Positions 1-8,428 of a stretch of DNA of 35,127 nt are shown here, piece by piece. The stretch lies in assembly GCA_038227875.1 (NCBI GenBank), contig JBBRPR010000080.1:1-35127 (forward strand). The letters run 5' to 3'. Both the position numbers and the translations under genes were made by a program. Within the stretch, counting starts at the first letter, position 1, and every line of letters begins with the position of its first letter. Origin of the DNA: Planctomycetota bacterium (GTDB lineage Bacteria; Planctomycetota; SZUA-567; H5-PLA8). The notes beneath the pieces were generated by a model. The model saw nothing but the letters and a program-made list of their open reading frames with translations, was not told the origin of the DNA and did no database searches.

Positions 1-105
1 CACCCTTGTGCTTCGAAAAAGACTGGCCGACGAATTTCGAACTCTATCTCGTCAGCCGCTGCTCTTGCGATCCTTCATCCAACATACCAAGCTTCCACTG
101 CTCCT

Positions 106-2100
106 TTAGGTAGTCTCTTTAGATGTGCGCGGGTCAATAATCACGCGCACTTTCAATTCGGGAAAGTATTTGCGCAGCAGTTCGACGGCCGCCAGCGTTT
201 CCAGTGTCGGCACGTCGCCGGCGCACGCCATGACGACATCGGGTTCGCAACCCTGATCGTTGCTGGCCCACTCCCAGATACTGATTCCCGCAGTGCAATG
301 TTTGACTGCTTCCTCCATGGACAGCCATTGCGGCGCCGGTTGTTTGCCGGCCACAACCACGTTGACGTAGTTGCGACTGCGCAGGCAATGATCGGTGACC
401 GAAAGGAGCGTGTTGGCGTCGGGCGGCAAGTAGACGCGGATCACTTCTGACTTCTTGTTTACCACGTGATCAAGGAATCCCGGATCCTGGTGGCTGAATC
501 CGTTGTGGTCCTGACGCCAGACGTGAGACGTGAGCAGGTAATTGAGCGATGCGATCGGCCGACGCCACGGAATGTGGCGCGTGGTCTTGAGCCATTTCGC
601 GTGCTGATTGAACATCGAATCGATGATGTGAATGAAGGCTTCGTAGCACGAGAAAAATCCGTGGCGCCCCGTGAGCAGGTAGCCTTCCAGCCAGCCTTCG
701 CACTGATGCTCGCTCAGCATTTCCATGATGCGGCCGTTGGGCGACATCTTTTCGTCCACGCTGGCGATCTCGGCCATCCACGTGCGCTCGGTGACTTCGA
801 AGATTGCATTCCAGCGGTTTGAGTTGGTCTCATCGGGCGAGAAGACGCGGAAATTCTTCGTGGCGGCATTCTGTTTCATCACGTCGCGCAGGAACATGCC
901 CTGCACGCGCGTCGCTTCGCCATTGACGCCGCCCGGGCGCGGGACATCGATGGCGTAGCTGCGGAAATCGGGCATGGTCAGGTCGCGCAGCAGCAAGCCG
1001 CCGTTGGCGTGTGGATTGGCTCCCATGCGCAGCGTGCCCTTTGGCGCAAGTTCCGCCAACTCGGGCAGCAGCTTTCCGGCCTTGTCGAACAACTCTTCGG
1101 GCTTGTAGCTCTTCATCCACTGCTCAAGCAATTTGACATGGCCGGGATTGTTGGCCATTTCAGAGAACGGCACCTGATGCGAGCGGAACGTGCCTTCGGA
1201 AGGTTTGCCGTCCACTTCCTTCGGACCCGTCCACCCCTTGGGGGTGCGCATCACGATCATCGGCCACATCGGACGCTGGACTGAGCCCTGCGTGCGCGCG
1301 TTGGACTGAATCTGCTTGATCTCGGCGACGCAGGTGTCGAGTGTCGCGGCCATTTGTTGATGTACAACTTTCGGATCGTTTCCTTCGACGAAGTACGGCT
1401 TGTAGCCGTAGCCCTTGAAGAGATTTTCGAGTTCATCGTGACTGATGCGAGCGAGGACCGTCGGACCGGCGATTTTCGCGCCGTTAAGGTGAAGAATCGG
1501 CAGCACGGCGCCGTCTCGCGCAGGATTGAGAAATTTGTTCGAATGCCAGCTCGTCGCCAGCGCGCCGGTTTCGGCTTCGCCGTCGCCAACGACCGCGCAG
1601 ACCAGCAGATCGGGATTATCGAACGCTGCGCCGAACGCGTGTGAGAGTGCGTATCCCAATTCTCCGCCTTCGTGAATCGAACCCGGTGTTTCAGGCGCGA
1701 CGTGGCTGGGGATTCCGCCTGGAAATGAGAACTGGGTGAAGAGGTGCTTCATTCCCGCCTCGTCCTGAGAGATCCCGGGATAAAACTCCGAGTAGGTACC
1801 CTCCAGGTAAACATTGGCGACCAGACCGGGACCGCCGTGTCCGGGCCCGGTGACGTAAAGCGTGCTCAGGTTGTGGTTCTTAATGATGCGGTTGAGGTGA
1901 ACGTAGATGAAATTCAAGCCCGGCGTCGTGCCCCAATGTCCCAGCAGGCGCGGCTTGATGTGCTTCATCGTCAGTGGTTCGCGCAGAAGTGGATTGTCGA
2001 AGAGATAAATCTGGCCGACGGAAAGATAGTTCGCCGCGCGCCAGTATGCATCCATCAGGCGCAGCTCCTGGGCACTTAGCGGAGAGGCATTCACAGTCAT
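106..2100 (-). pseudogene. xfp: Xylulose-5-phosphate/fructose-6-phosphate phosphoketolase, C-terminally truncated (664 aa)
   Basis: Motifs [56 protein letters not shown]. Start MTVNAS follows RBS GAAAGGA. Similarity ends at ELKVRVI (normally continues NVVDLM...) and a stop follows 10 unrelated codons later. Full-length family members are about 790 aa. Confidence 0.85.
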
Positions 2101-2158
2101 GTAATTTCCTTTCTCAAGAGTTGCGTGCGTCAACATAGCCGATCAAGGGATTACCACT

Positions 2159-3379
2159 TCACGGTTTACTCCGGGCGTTAATGCAATCAACCGTCAAGCG
2201 CAGCAGTTCCAGCTCTTCGTTGGTCGGAATGACCAGAATCTTCACGCGATTTGTGTCCGTGGATTCTGCCTGAATTTCGTTAATGCCGTGTGAACTTGCG
2301 CGGTTCCTGGTGTCGTCGAGAACAATGCCCAGCCGCTCCAAGCCGCGGCACGAGCGCGCGCGGACAGTGGCGCTGTGTTCGCCGATACCCGCTGTAAATA
2401 CGATCGCATCGGCGCCGCCGAGCGCCGCGAGATACGCGCCGATGTATTTTTTGACGCGGTAGCAGAAAATTTCGAGCGCCAATTCCGCGTCCGCATTGCC
2501 GGAAGCGGCCAATCGCTCCACCTCACGCATGTCGTTGACGCCGCAGAGGCCTTTCAGGCCGCTGGCGGAGTTCAACATTTTTTCCACTTCGGCATAGCTC
2601 AATCCGGCGACGCGCATCAAGTACGTTGGAATCTCCGGGTCGAGATCGCCGCAGCGTGTGCCCATCATCAGACCTTCCAGCGGAGTCATGCCCATGGAGG
2701 TATCGATGCTTGCGCCGTGCTGAATGGCCGCGGCGCTTGCGCCGTTGCCAAGATGGAGCGTAATCAGCTTGAGCGATTCCAGCGGCCGTTGCAGATACGC
2801 CGCGGCCTGCCTGGCGACAAAACTGTGAGACGTGCCGTGAAACCCGTAACGTCGAATGTGGTGCGCGTCCCGGATCTCGCGGGGCAGGGGATAGGTGAAG
2901 GCGCGCGGGGGCATAGTCTGGTGAAATGCGGTATCGAAGACAGCGACCTGAGGCACGCGCGGAAAAAGCTCGCGAGCGATTTCAATCCCGGCCAAATTGG
3001 GTCCGTTATGCAAGGGCGCCAGCGGAATCATCGCACGGATCTCTGAAATGACCGCGTCGTCGATCAGCGCCGGGTCTTCAAATTTCCCGCCGTGAACCAC
3101 GCGATGCCCGATGCCGAACAGATCCGCATCGCCGTGCAGCGCGCCGCACTGCTTCAAGGCTTCAACAATCAGCGCATAACCCGCACGGGCATCGGCCACA
3201 GACAGAAGGCGTTCGCTGTCCCGCATCGTGCCGTCAGGAGCGCAGAGATGTTGGACAAAACGCCCGCCAGGTTCCCCGATTTTTTCAATTGTTCCCACCG
3301 TCAGCACGCGGGCGTCGCGTGCTTCGAAGAGCTGATATTTGATCGAAGAACTTCCGGAATTCAGAACCAGGACATTCAT
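2159..3379 (-). CDS. ackA: Acetate kinase
   Basis: VLNSGSSSIKY, GHRVVHGG, APLHN, FDTAFH, RYGFHGTSH, HLGNGAS, DTSMGMTPLEGLMMGTRCGD, FTAGIGE, IPTNEE. Confidence 0.97.
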   Translation of the reverse strand: MNVLVLNSGSSSIKYQLFEARDARVLTVGTIEKIGEPGGRFVQHLCAPDGTMRDSERLLSVADARAGYALIVEALKQCGALHGDADLFGIGHRVVHGGKFEDPALIDDAVISEIRAMIPLAPLHNGPNLAGIEIARELFPRVPQVAVFDTAFHQTMPPRAFTYPLPREIRDAHHIRRYGFHGTSHSFVARQAAAYLQRPLESLKLITLHLGNGASAAAIQHGASIDTSMGMTPLEGLMMGTRCGDLDPEIPTYLMRVAGLSYAEVEKMLNSASGLKGLCGVNDMREVERLAASGNADAELALEIFCYRVKKYIGAYLAALGGADAIVFTAGIGEHSATVRARSCRGLERLGIVLDDTRNRASSHGINEIQAESTDTNRVKILVIPTNEELELLRLTVDCINARSKP

Positions 3380-3408
3380 TCACCGCGCCTCTGGCTGACC
3401 GGTCGAGC

Positions 3409-4746
3409 TTACTCGTGAACTCCCGAGCTTGGAGCATCGCCGAGGTAACGGTAGAGGGACGATAGCGAAATGCCAAGTTCCTTCGCGGCTTTGCGCTTGT
3501 CGCCGGCACAGTGCTTTAGAATGCGGTTTACATGCATCTGCTCAAACGTACGCACGGCGTCTTTGAGCTGCGAGGTATTGAAGCCGTTGATCGCCGGTGC
3601 GGCGGACGACGCCAGATCGGATTCTTTGATCAGGGGCTCGACGCCATTGATTACTGCGCGCTCGAGCACGTTCTGCAATTCCCGAACGTTGCCCTTCCAC
3701 GGCGCTTGAATCAGCGCTTTCATCGCCCCTTCTTCGACGCCCGAGAAGTTGCGGTTCAGCACGTGATTGATGCGTCGGAGCAGATGATTCACCAGCAGCG
3801 GAATGTCTTCGCGCCGTTCGCGCAACGGCGGCGCGTGGATGTTCGTTTCGGAGAGTCGTTGCAGCAACTCCGGGAGGAATGCGCCCTTGGCGGAATCCTC
3901 AGCCAGGTTCTGCCGCGTGGATGCCACGATGCGGGCCTCGAAGGGGATTGCATGGGTTCCCCCCGAAGGCATCACTGATTTTTCATCCATCGCGCGCAGC
4001 AGTTTCGCCTGGGTGCTCAGCGGCAGGATCGTCACCTCGTCAAGGAAGAGTGTGCCCTTGCGCGCAGAGCGGAGCAGCCCTTCCGAGTCCTTCACTGCGC
4101 CATTGAACGCGCCTTTTTGATAGCCGAAGAGTTCCGATTCGAGAAGTGTTTCCGGAATCGCCGCACAGTTGACCTGGACGAACGGTTCTCGCTTCATGCC
4201 CGACAATGCGTGGATCGCTCGCGCCAGCAACTCCTTGCCGGTGCCGCATTCGCCGGTGATCAAGACCGCGGAGCGTGAGGCCGCGGCGGCGCTGATGGTC
4301 TCGCGGATGGTTTCCAGCGCGGGGCTCTGGCCGATCATGTCGAATTGCCCGACCTTGCGCTGCAGGTCGCATCGCAGAATCCGGTTGCACTGCTTAAGTT
4401 CGGAAATTTCCAGAACCCGTGCGGCGCGGAGGGCGATGTCTTCTGCCAGAAGCGGTTTGATCAGGCAGTCGGCGGCACCCACGGTTGCGGAGCCGTCGCC
4501 AGCTTCTGAAATGACAATGAACTGCGTGTCGGGTGCGAGAGCGCGCGCCTGTTGAATGACATCGACGCCGTCCTCATGCGGCAGCTGCAGATCGGCAATC
4601 AGGAGTTGCACCGGATTGTCCAGCAATTGCGCCATGGCGCTCGCGCCGTTATCAGCGGTCAATACCCGGTGGCCCCGCCGTGACAGTGCCGCCGCGACAT
4701 CGTCTCGTACCGACACTTCATCGTCTGCAATCAGAATCGTGCTCAT
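3409..4746 (-). CDS. NtrC/AtoC-family response regulator (receiver, AAA+, Fis-type HTH)
   Basis: Receiver ILIADDE...LIADLQLP; Walker A GECGTGKE; ELFG...GAFNGA; Walker B LFLDEV; WKGNVRELQN; C-terminal AAKELGISLSSLYRY. ATG at 4746 follows GAGAGGA. Confidence 0.92.
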   Translation of the reverse strand: MSTILIADDEVSVRDDVAAALSRRGHRVLTADNGASAMAQLLDNPVQLLIADLQLPHEDGVDVIQQARALAPDTQFIVISEAGDGSATVGAADCLIKPLLAEDIALRAARVLEISELKQCNRILRCDLQRKVGQFDMIGQSPALETIRETISAAAASRSAVLITGECGTGKELLARAIHALSGMKREPFVQVNCAAIPETLLESELFGYQKGAFNGAVKDSEGLLRSARKGTLFLDEVTILPLSTQAKLLRAMDEKSVMPSGGTHAIPFEARIVASTRQNLAEDSAKGAFLPELLQRLSETNIHAPPLRERREDIPLLVNHLLRRINHVLNRNFSGVEEGAMKALIQAPWKGNVRELQNVLERAVINGVEPLIKESDLASSAAPAINGFNTSQLKDAVRTFEQMHVNRILKHCAGDKRKAAKELGISLSSLYRYLGDAPSSGVHE

Positions 4747-4792
4747 GCGAATCGTCCTCTCAATCAAGTGCGTCGACAACGGAGCTGTCAGG

Positions 4793-5245
4793 TTAGCTCA
4801 GCTTGGGACGCACGGTCATTACCGGGCAGGTACTCATGCGGACCACTCGTTCTGCCACAGAACCAAACAGGAAGTGCGAGAATCCGGTGCGGCCATGCGT
4901 CGCGATCACGATGCAATCGCTCTGCAGGTCCTTCGCGGCTTTCAGAATTTCAGCTGCGCCCAGTCCTTCGCGAAGACACGGCACACAGGTGACGGATTCG
5001 TTTTTTTGAATCTTCTCAGCCAGCATGGAAAGTCTGGCTTCTCGTTCGATGCGCGCGGCATTGACCCAGTCCAGCGACATCACCGGCTCGCCCGGCATTC
5101 CCGTGACCAGCGCAGTGTCTTCAAAAACGTACAGCAGCCGGATTGTTCCGCCAAACTTACGCGCCAACTCCGCAGCAATGGGAACTGCGACTTCGGCATT
5201 GGGTGAAAAGTCGGTCGTCAGAAGAATATTCTTGAAGCTGGCCAT
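4793..5245 (-). CDS. Universal stress protein (UspA family)
   Basis: KNILLTTDFS...IVIATHGRTG...FGSVAERVVR..CPVMTV; RBS AGGAGGA before ATG at 5245. Confidence 0.95.
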   Translation of the reverse strand: MASFKNILLTTDFSPNAEVAVPIAAELARKFGGTIRLLYVFEDTALVTGMPGEPVMSLDWVNAARIEREARLSMLAEKIQKNESVTCVPCLREGLGAAEILKAAKDLQSDCIVIATHGRTGFSHFLFGSVAERVVRMSTCPVMTVRPKLS

Positions 5246-5288
5246 AGGTTCGATCCTCCTCACGGCAACCGATATTTAGTCCAAGAGC

Positions 5289-5316
5289 GAGACTGTGAAT
5301 GCCGTTTCTCAGTCTC
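5289..5316 (-). other. Hairpin in the probable 5' UTR of the uspA operon
   Basis: GAGACTGTGAA...TTCTCAGTCTC inverted repeat between the putative promoter and the RBS. Confidence 0.4.
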
Positions 5317-5329
5317 CGGAATGCTATGA

Positions 5330-5345
5330 ATCACATTTCGTGCCA
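5330..5345 (-). promoter_or_regulatory. Possible non-canonical sigma54 promoter of the uspA-ntrC-ackA-xfp operon
   Basis: Minus strand TGGCACGAAATGTGAT has a perfect -24 TGGCACG, but GG-N10-GA instead of GG-N10-GC. Confidence 0.5.
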
Positions 5346-5397
5346 GCACGAAATCCGTTCAAATTTCTGAGTGTTCATAGGTGAAAACGAACCAGCG

Positions 5398-5419
5398 CCC
5401 GTTGGCGAAAGCCGACGGG
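5398..5419 (-). terminator. GC-rich hairpin, possible terminator of the GbsR-family gene
   Basis: CCCGTTGGC-GAAA-GCCGACGGG, about 110 nt downstream of the 5529 stop; T tract is weak. Confidence 0.35.
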
Positions 5420-5528
5420 GGTTCTGTTGAATGAGAATCTGTTTTCAGGAATGACACGAAAACTGCTTGGAATTAAAATGCCAAATATTTACCTAATATA
5501 CTGCGTTTGATAAGGCACACGTCTGTGC

Positions 5529-6062
5529 CTAGGAGATCAGTTTCATTACCTTTTTCACTTTGTCTCCGGCGCGCGCAAACTTGCGAAGCGTCGCAGGCGA
5601 AAGCGTGTGGAATTGATCGTAAACGGAATTCATGGTTTCGAAAAATTCCAGCAACTCGCCCAATCGTTCGCGTTCCAGCGATTCCGACGATCCGGATTTC
5701 TGGGCTTCGGCGACACAATCCTTCAACAGCGCGCGCGTGGGATCAATTTCGCGGCGTTTGCGTTCGTTGAGAATGACCTGGAACATTTCCCAAACGTCTT
5801 TCATCGCTTCAAAGTGATCGCGGCGGTCACCGAGTACATGAACGACGCGGACGATGCCCCAGCCCTGAAGTTCATGCAGGCTGGTGCTGACGTTGGAGCG
5901 TGCGACGCCCAGGGTCTCGGTGATCTCTTCGGCATGCAGGGGTTGCGAGGAGATGTAGAGCAGCGCGTGAATCTGCGCGACCGTGCGGTTGATACCCCAG
6001 CGCGTACCCATTTCGCCCCAGTGGAGGACGAACTTCTGAGCGGCGGGCGAAAGTTTGACCAT
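5529..6062 (-). CDS. GbsR/MarR-family transcriptional regulator
   Basis: FVLHWGEMGTRWGINRTVAQIHALLY...ARSNVSTSLHELQGWG...GDRRDHF is the typical GbsR-family pattern. Confidence 0.9.
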   Translation of the reverse strand: MVKLSPAAQKFVLHWGEMGTRWGINRTVAQIHALLYISSQPLHAEEITETLGVARSNVSTSLHELQGWGIVRVVHVLGDRRDHFEAMKDVWEMFQVILNERKRREIDPTRALLKDCVAEAQKSGSSESLERERLGELLEFFETMNSVYDQFHTLSPATLRKFARAGDKVKKVMKLIS

Positions 6063-6078
6063 GATGCGATTCCCCTGA

Positions 6079-6119
6079 TTCTGTTAAAACAGAAATAGGA
6101 GAATTTTCGGAAATGTCAA
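6079..6119 (-). promoter_or_regulatory. Promoter and probable autoregulatory operator of the GbsR-family gene
   Basis: Minus-strand TTGACA at 6119-6114; palindrome TTCTGT-TAAA-ACAGAA at 6079-6094 just upstream of RBS AGGGGA. Confidence 0.55.
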
Positions 6120-6143
6120 GGCGCGAGTAAACCTGGCGTTCGG

Positions 6144-6833
6144 CTACTTCTTTGCCGTGAGCGTTGTGAGCACGAGCTCCACGGCTTTGCACAGCTTTTC
6201 CTTGTCGAACGAGCCGCCCAACGGGTCTTTCGTCCCAAAAGGAGGCACATGGATGAAGCCGCGTGCGCTGACCTTCAAATCGGCCTGCATCAGCCGGTAA
6301 AAACATTCGTTGCAGAGGTACCCGCCGGCATCCTTGGAAAGCTGCGCGCCAATATGGGCGTCCTTCAGGGCCTTCAGAATGGCATCGGCCGGCAGCGCGG
6401 TGGGAATTTCCGCGGCGGCGGCAGGGACAATCTTTTCCCGCGGTGGCGGTTTGGATTTGTTATCCAGTGGCTTCATTGGGTGATAGCTGTTGCGCGCCAC
6501 CGTTTCGATCTGGACGACAGCTGAGCCGACTCCAAACGAAATCACAATCGAGGGATGCGCCGCCTGGATGGCATTGAGCAGCGGCTTTTCCATCTCATCG
6601 TAAACCACCGGCAGCAGCGCGGTCTTGACGGTGTAGCCTCCGATTTCCCGGCCGTCGAAGGTCTTCACCACTTCCCAGGAAGCATTGATCGGATCGCCGC
6701 CGAACGGCTCGAAACCTGTCAGCAGAATTACCGGCTTGGCTGTAGTCGCGGGCTGGGGGGACTGCTCCGCGAAAGCGGATGAACTCCATGCGACGCACAC
6801 GACGACAAGGCTGGCGATGATTCGCTGACGCAT
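6144..6833 (-). CDS. pcp: Pyroglutamyl-peptidase I (peptidase C15) with N-terminal signal peptide
   Basis: ILLTGFEPFGGDPINASW, catalytic-type E (QIETVA), C (AGGYLCN) and H (GFIHVP). N-terminus MRQRIIASLVVVCVAWSSSAFA ends in AFA; RBS GGAGGA. Confidence 0.9.
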   Translation of the reverse strand: MRQRIIASLVVVCVAWSSSAFAEQSPQPATTAKPVILLTGFEPFGGDPINASWEVVKTFDGREIGGYTVKTALLPVVYDEMEKPLLNAIQAAHPSIVISFGVGSAVVQIETVARNSYHPMKPLDNKSKPPPREKIVPAAAAEIPTALPADAILKALKDAHIGAQLSKDAGGYLCNECFYRLMQADLKVSARGFIHVPPFGTKDPLGGSFDKEKLCKAVELVLTTLTAKK

Positions 6834-7081
6834 GAACGATTCCTCCACATTGCGACTGCAACGTACCGCAATGGTTTCGACAGTCAACGCGAGTGGAATT
6901 TACGGAGCGATTCTAACAGTGCGCATCTCGACGAATCTCTACATCTTATTGCAATTGGGTCGGTTTCAATCTTGCGATGAATATTGCAGAAGCAAGAAAA
7001 AATCAAGCCAAGCAGTTCTTTCCAGACTCCCTAAGTACGAGTGATCAAATAGGTTGTGCAACGTTTTTGAAAACGGTCCGG

Positions 7082-7097
7082 CGGCACGAACGTTGCA
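7082..7097 (+). promoter_or_regulatory. Sigma54 (-24/-12) promoter of the pilin operon
   Basis: CGGCACGAACGTTGCA is GG-N10-GC with near-consensus (T/C)GGCACG-N4-TTGCA, 38 nt upstream of the ATG at 7135. Confidence 0.8.
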
Positions 7098-7134
7098 CTC
7101 CCACAAGTGAGGAACCACTTTGGAGGGGCGGGTA

Positions 7135-7740
7135 ATGTTCACGCGGAAGAGACACTCCGGCTTCACCTTGGTTGAACTGATGATTGCTCTGACCATCGTC
7201 TCGATCGCCAGCACGGCAGCTCTGACGGTTTACTTCTCCCATTCACTTTCTGCACAATTGAGCGGGCAGCGGCGCACAGCCAGTCTTGCGGCGCAGGAAA
7301 AATTGGAGGAGATCCGCATCGCGCTGGTCAGCGGTTCGACGACCGATCAAGTGTGGGCCGACTACGGCCCGCTGCCGACCACATCGGGCGGACCGAAAGC
7401 AACCTTTGCCGTACCTGGACTGATGCAGGACGGTACCGTCGTGCAGGGCACAGTCACCATAATCAACGACGAAACGCCCGACGAATCGCAGTTTGGTTAC
7501 AACTACAACGGCGGCGTGCCGACGCGGTTTGGTGTCGACCTGAATGGAAATCGCAGTTACTCGGACCTGATCCCCGCACCATTTCCTCTGGATCTGAACA
7601 GCAACGGCAAGCTGGATGACCACAACGTGACCTCCGGATTCGTGTTGCTTCCGGTTGTGGTCACGATCCGCTGGGTGGGGCCTTACGGTTCAGAACGACT
7701 GGACATGTTCGCGATCATCGCGCGCGACAGCCAGCCGTAA
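7135..7740 (+). CDS. Type IV minor pilin, PilV-like, with prepilin cleavage site
   Basis: RKRHSG/FTLVELMIALTIV class III signal; AAQEKLEEIR; C-terminal VVVTIRW; RBS GGAGGG. Confidence 0.85.
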   Translation: MFTRKRHSGFTLVELMIALTIVSIASTAALTVYFSHSLSAQLSGQRRTASLAAQEKLEEIRIALVSGSTTDQVWADYGPLPTTSGGPKATFAVPGLMQDGTVVQGTVTIINDETPDESQFGYNYNGGVPTRFGVDLNGNRSYSDLIPAPFPLDLNSNGKLDDHNVTSGFVLLPVVVTIRWVGPYGSERLDMFAIIARDSQP

Positions 7741-7750
7741 GGAGCGCATC

Positions 7751-8416
7751 ATGAGACAGACGCGAGGTACGACATTGATCGAGTTGATGTTCGGCATGGT
7801 GATACTCAGCATTCTGTTCATCATGTCGATGCACATCCTGAGTTCCATGACGCTGAGTTATGGTGTGGAAATGGCCGACGCCGAACAGCAACGGTCGGTC
7901 ACCGGTGCGATCTACGATCTGATGAGCGATGTGGGCAGTTACACCGTGCTTTCGCCCATCGGACCCGCGAGTAACTCGCATCTCAGCGCCAGCGGCGACC
8001 GCATTACATTCCGCCTGCCGACAGGGACTGACTCCGCCGGCAAAATCACGTGGGGTGAGCAGATTACCTACTGCCGCGAATTGAATCCACGCGAAGTTCA
8101 ATTCAATGGCGTGGACGACGACGCCAACGGCCTGGTCGACGACGATGACGGCATTCTCGTCCGCCGCGTTGAAGATGCCGCGACCGGAAATGTCATCTCG
8201 AAGACAGTACTGGCGACCAACATTCCCACCGGCGGCTTCCACATCGATCAGCTGGGCTTTTCCGCCCTGCCGACGCCTCATTTTGGACCGGATCTGCAGG
8301 GGCAGAGCCTCCGCATCCGAATCACCCGGGTGTACTCCAATCGCGCCATTGCGGACGCGACGAAAATGACTGCGGCGACTCAGCGCACGTTTTACCTGCG
8401 CAACGCGCAACAGTAG
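7751..8416 (+). CDS. Type IV minor pilin, PilW/GspJ-like
   Basis: MRQTRG/TTLIELMFGMVIL; ends with FYLRN as in many PilW/GspJ-like proteins; RBS AAGGAG. Confidence 0.8.
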   Translation: MRQTRGTTLIELMFGMVILSILFIMSMHILSSMTLSYGVEMADAEQQRSVTGAIYDLMSDVGSYTVLSPIGPASNSHLSASGDRITFRLPTGTDSAGKITWGEQITYCRELNPREVQFNGVDDDANGLVDDDDGILVRRVEDAATGNVISKTVLATNIPTGGFHIDQLGFSALPTPHFGPDLQGQSLRIRITRVYSNRAIADATKMTAATQRTFYLRNAQQ

Positions 8417-8428
8417 ATCGGAGCCATC

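Noticed and set aside
1..100. Minus-strand frame after AAAGGAG reading VEAWYVG*RIARAAADEIEF, a possible selenocysteine TGA
   Set aside because: No convincing SECIS hairpin or redox motif, and the frame runs off the window; more likely part of the inserted DNA.
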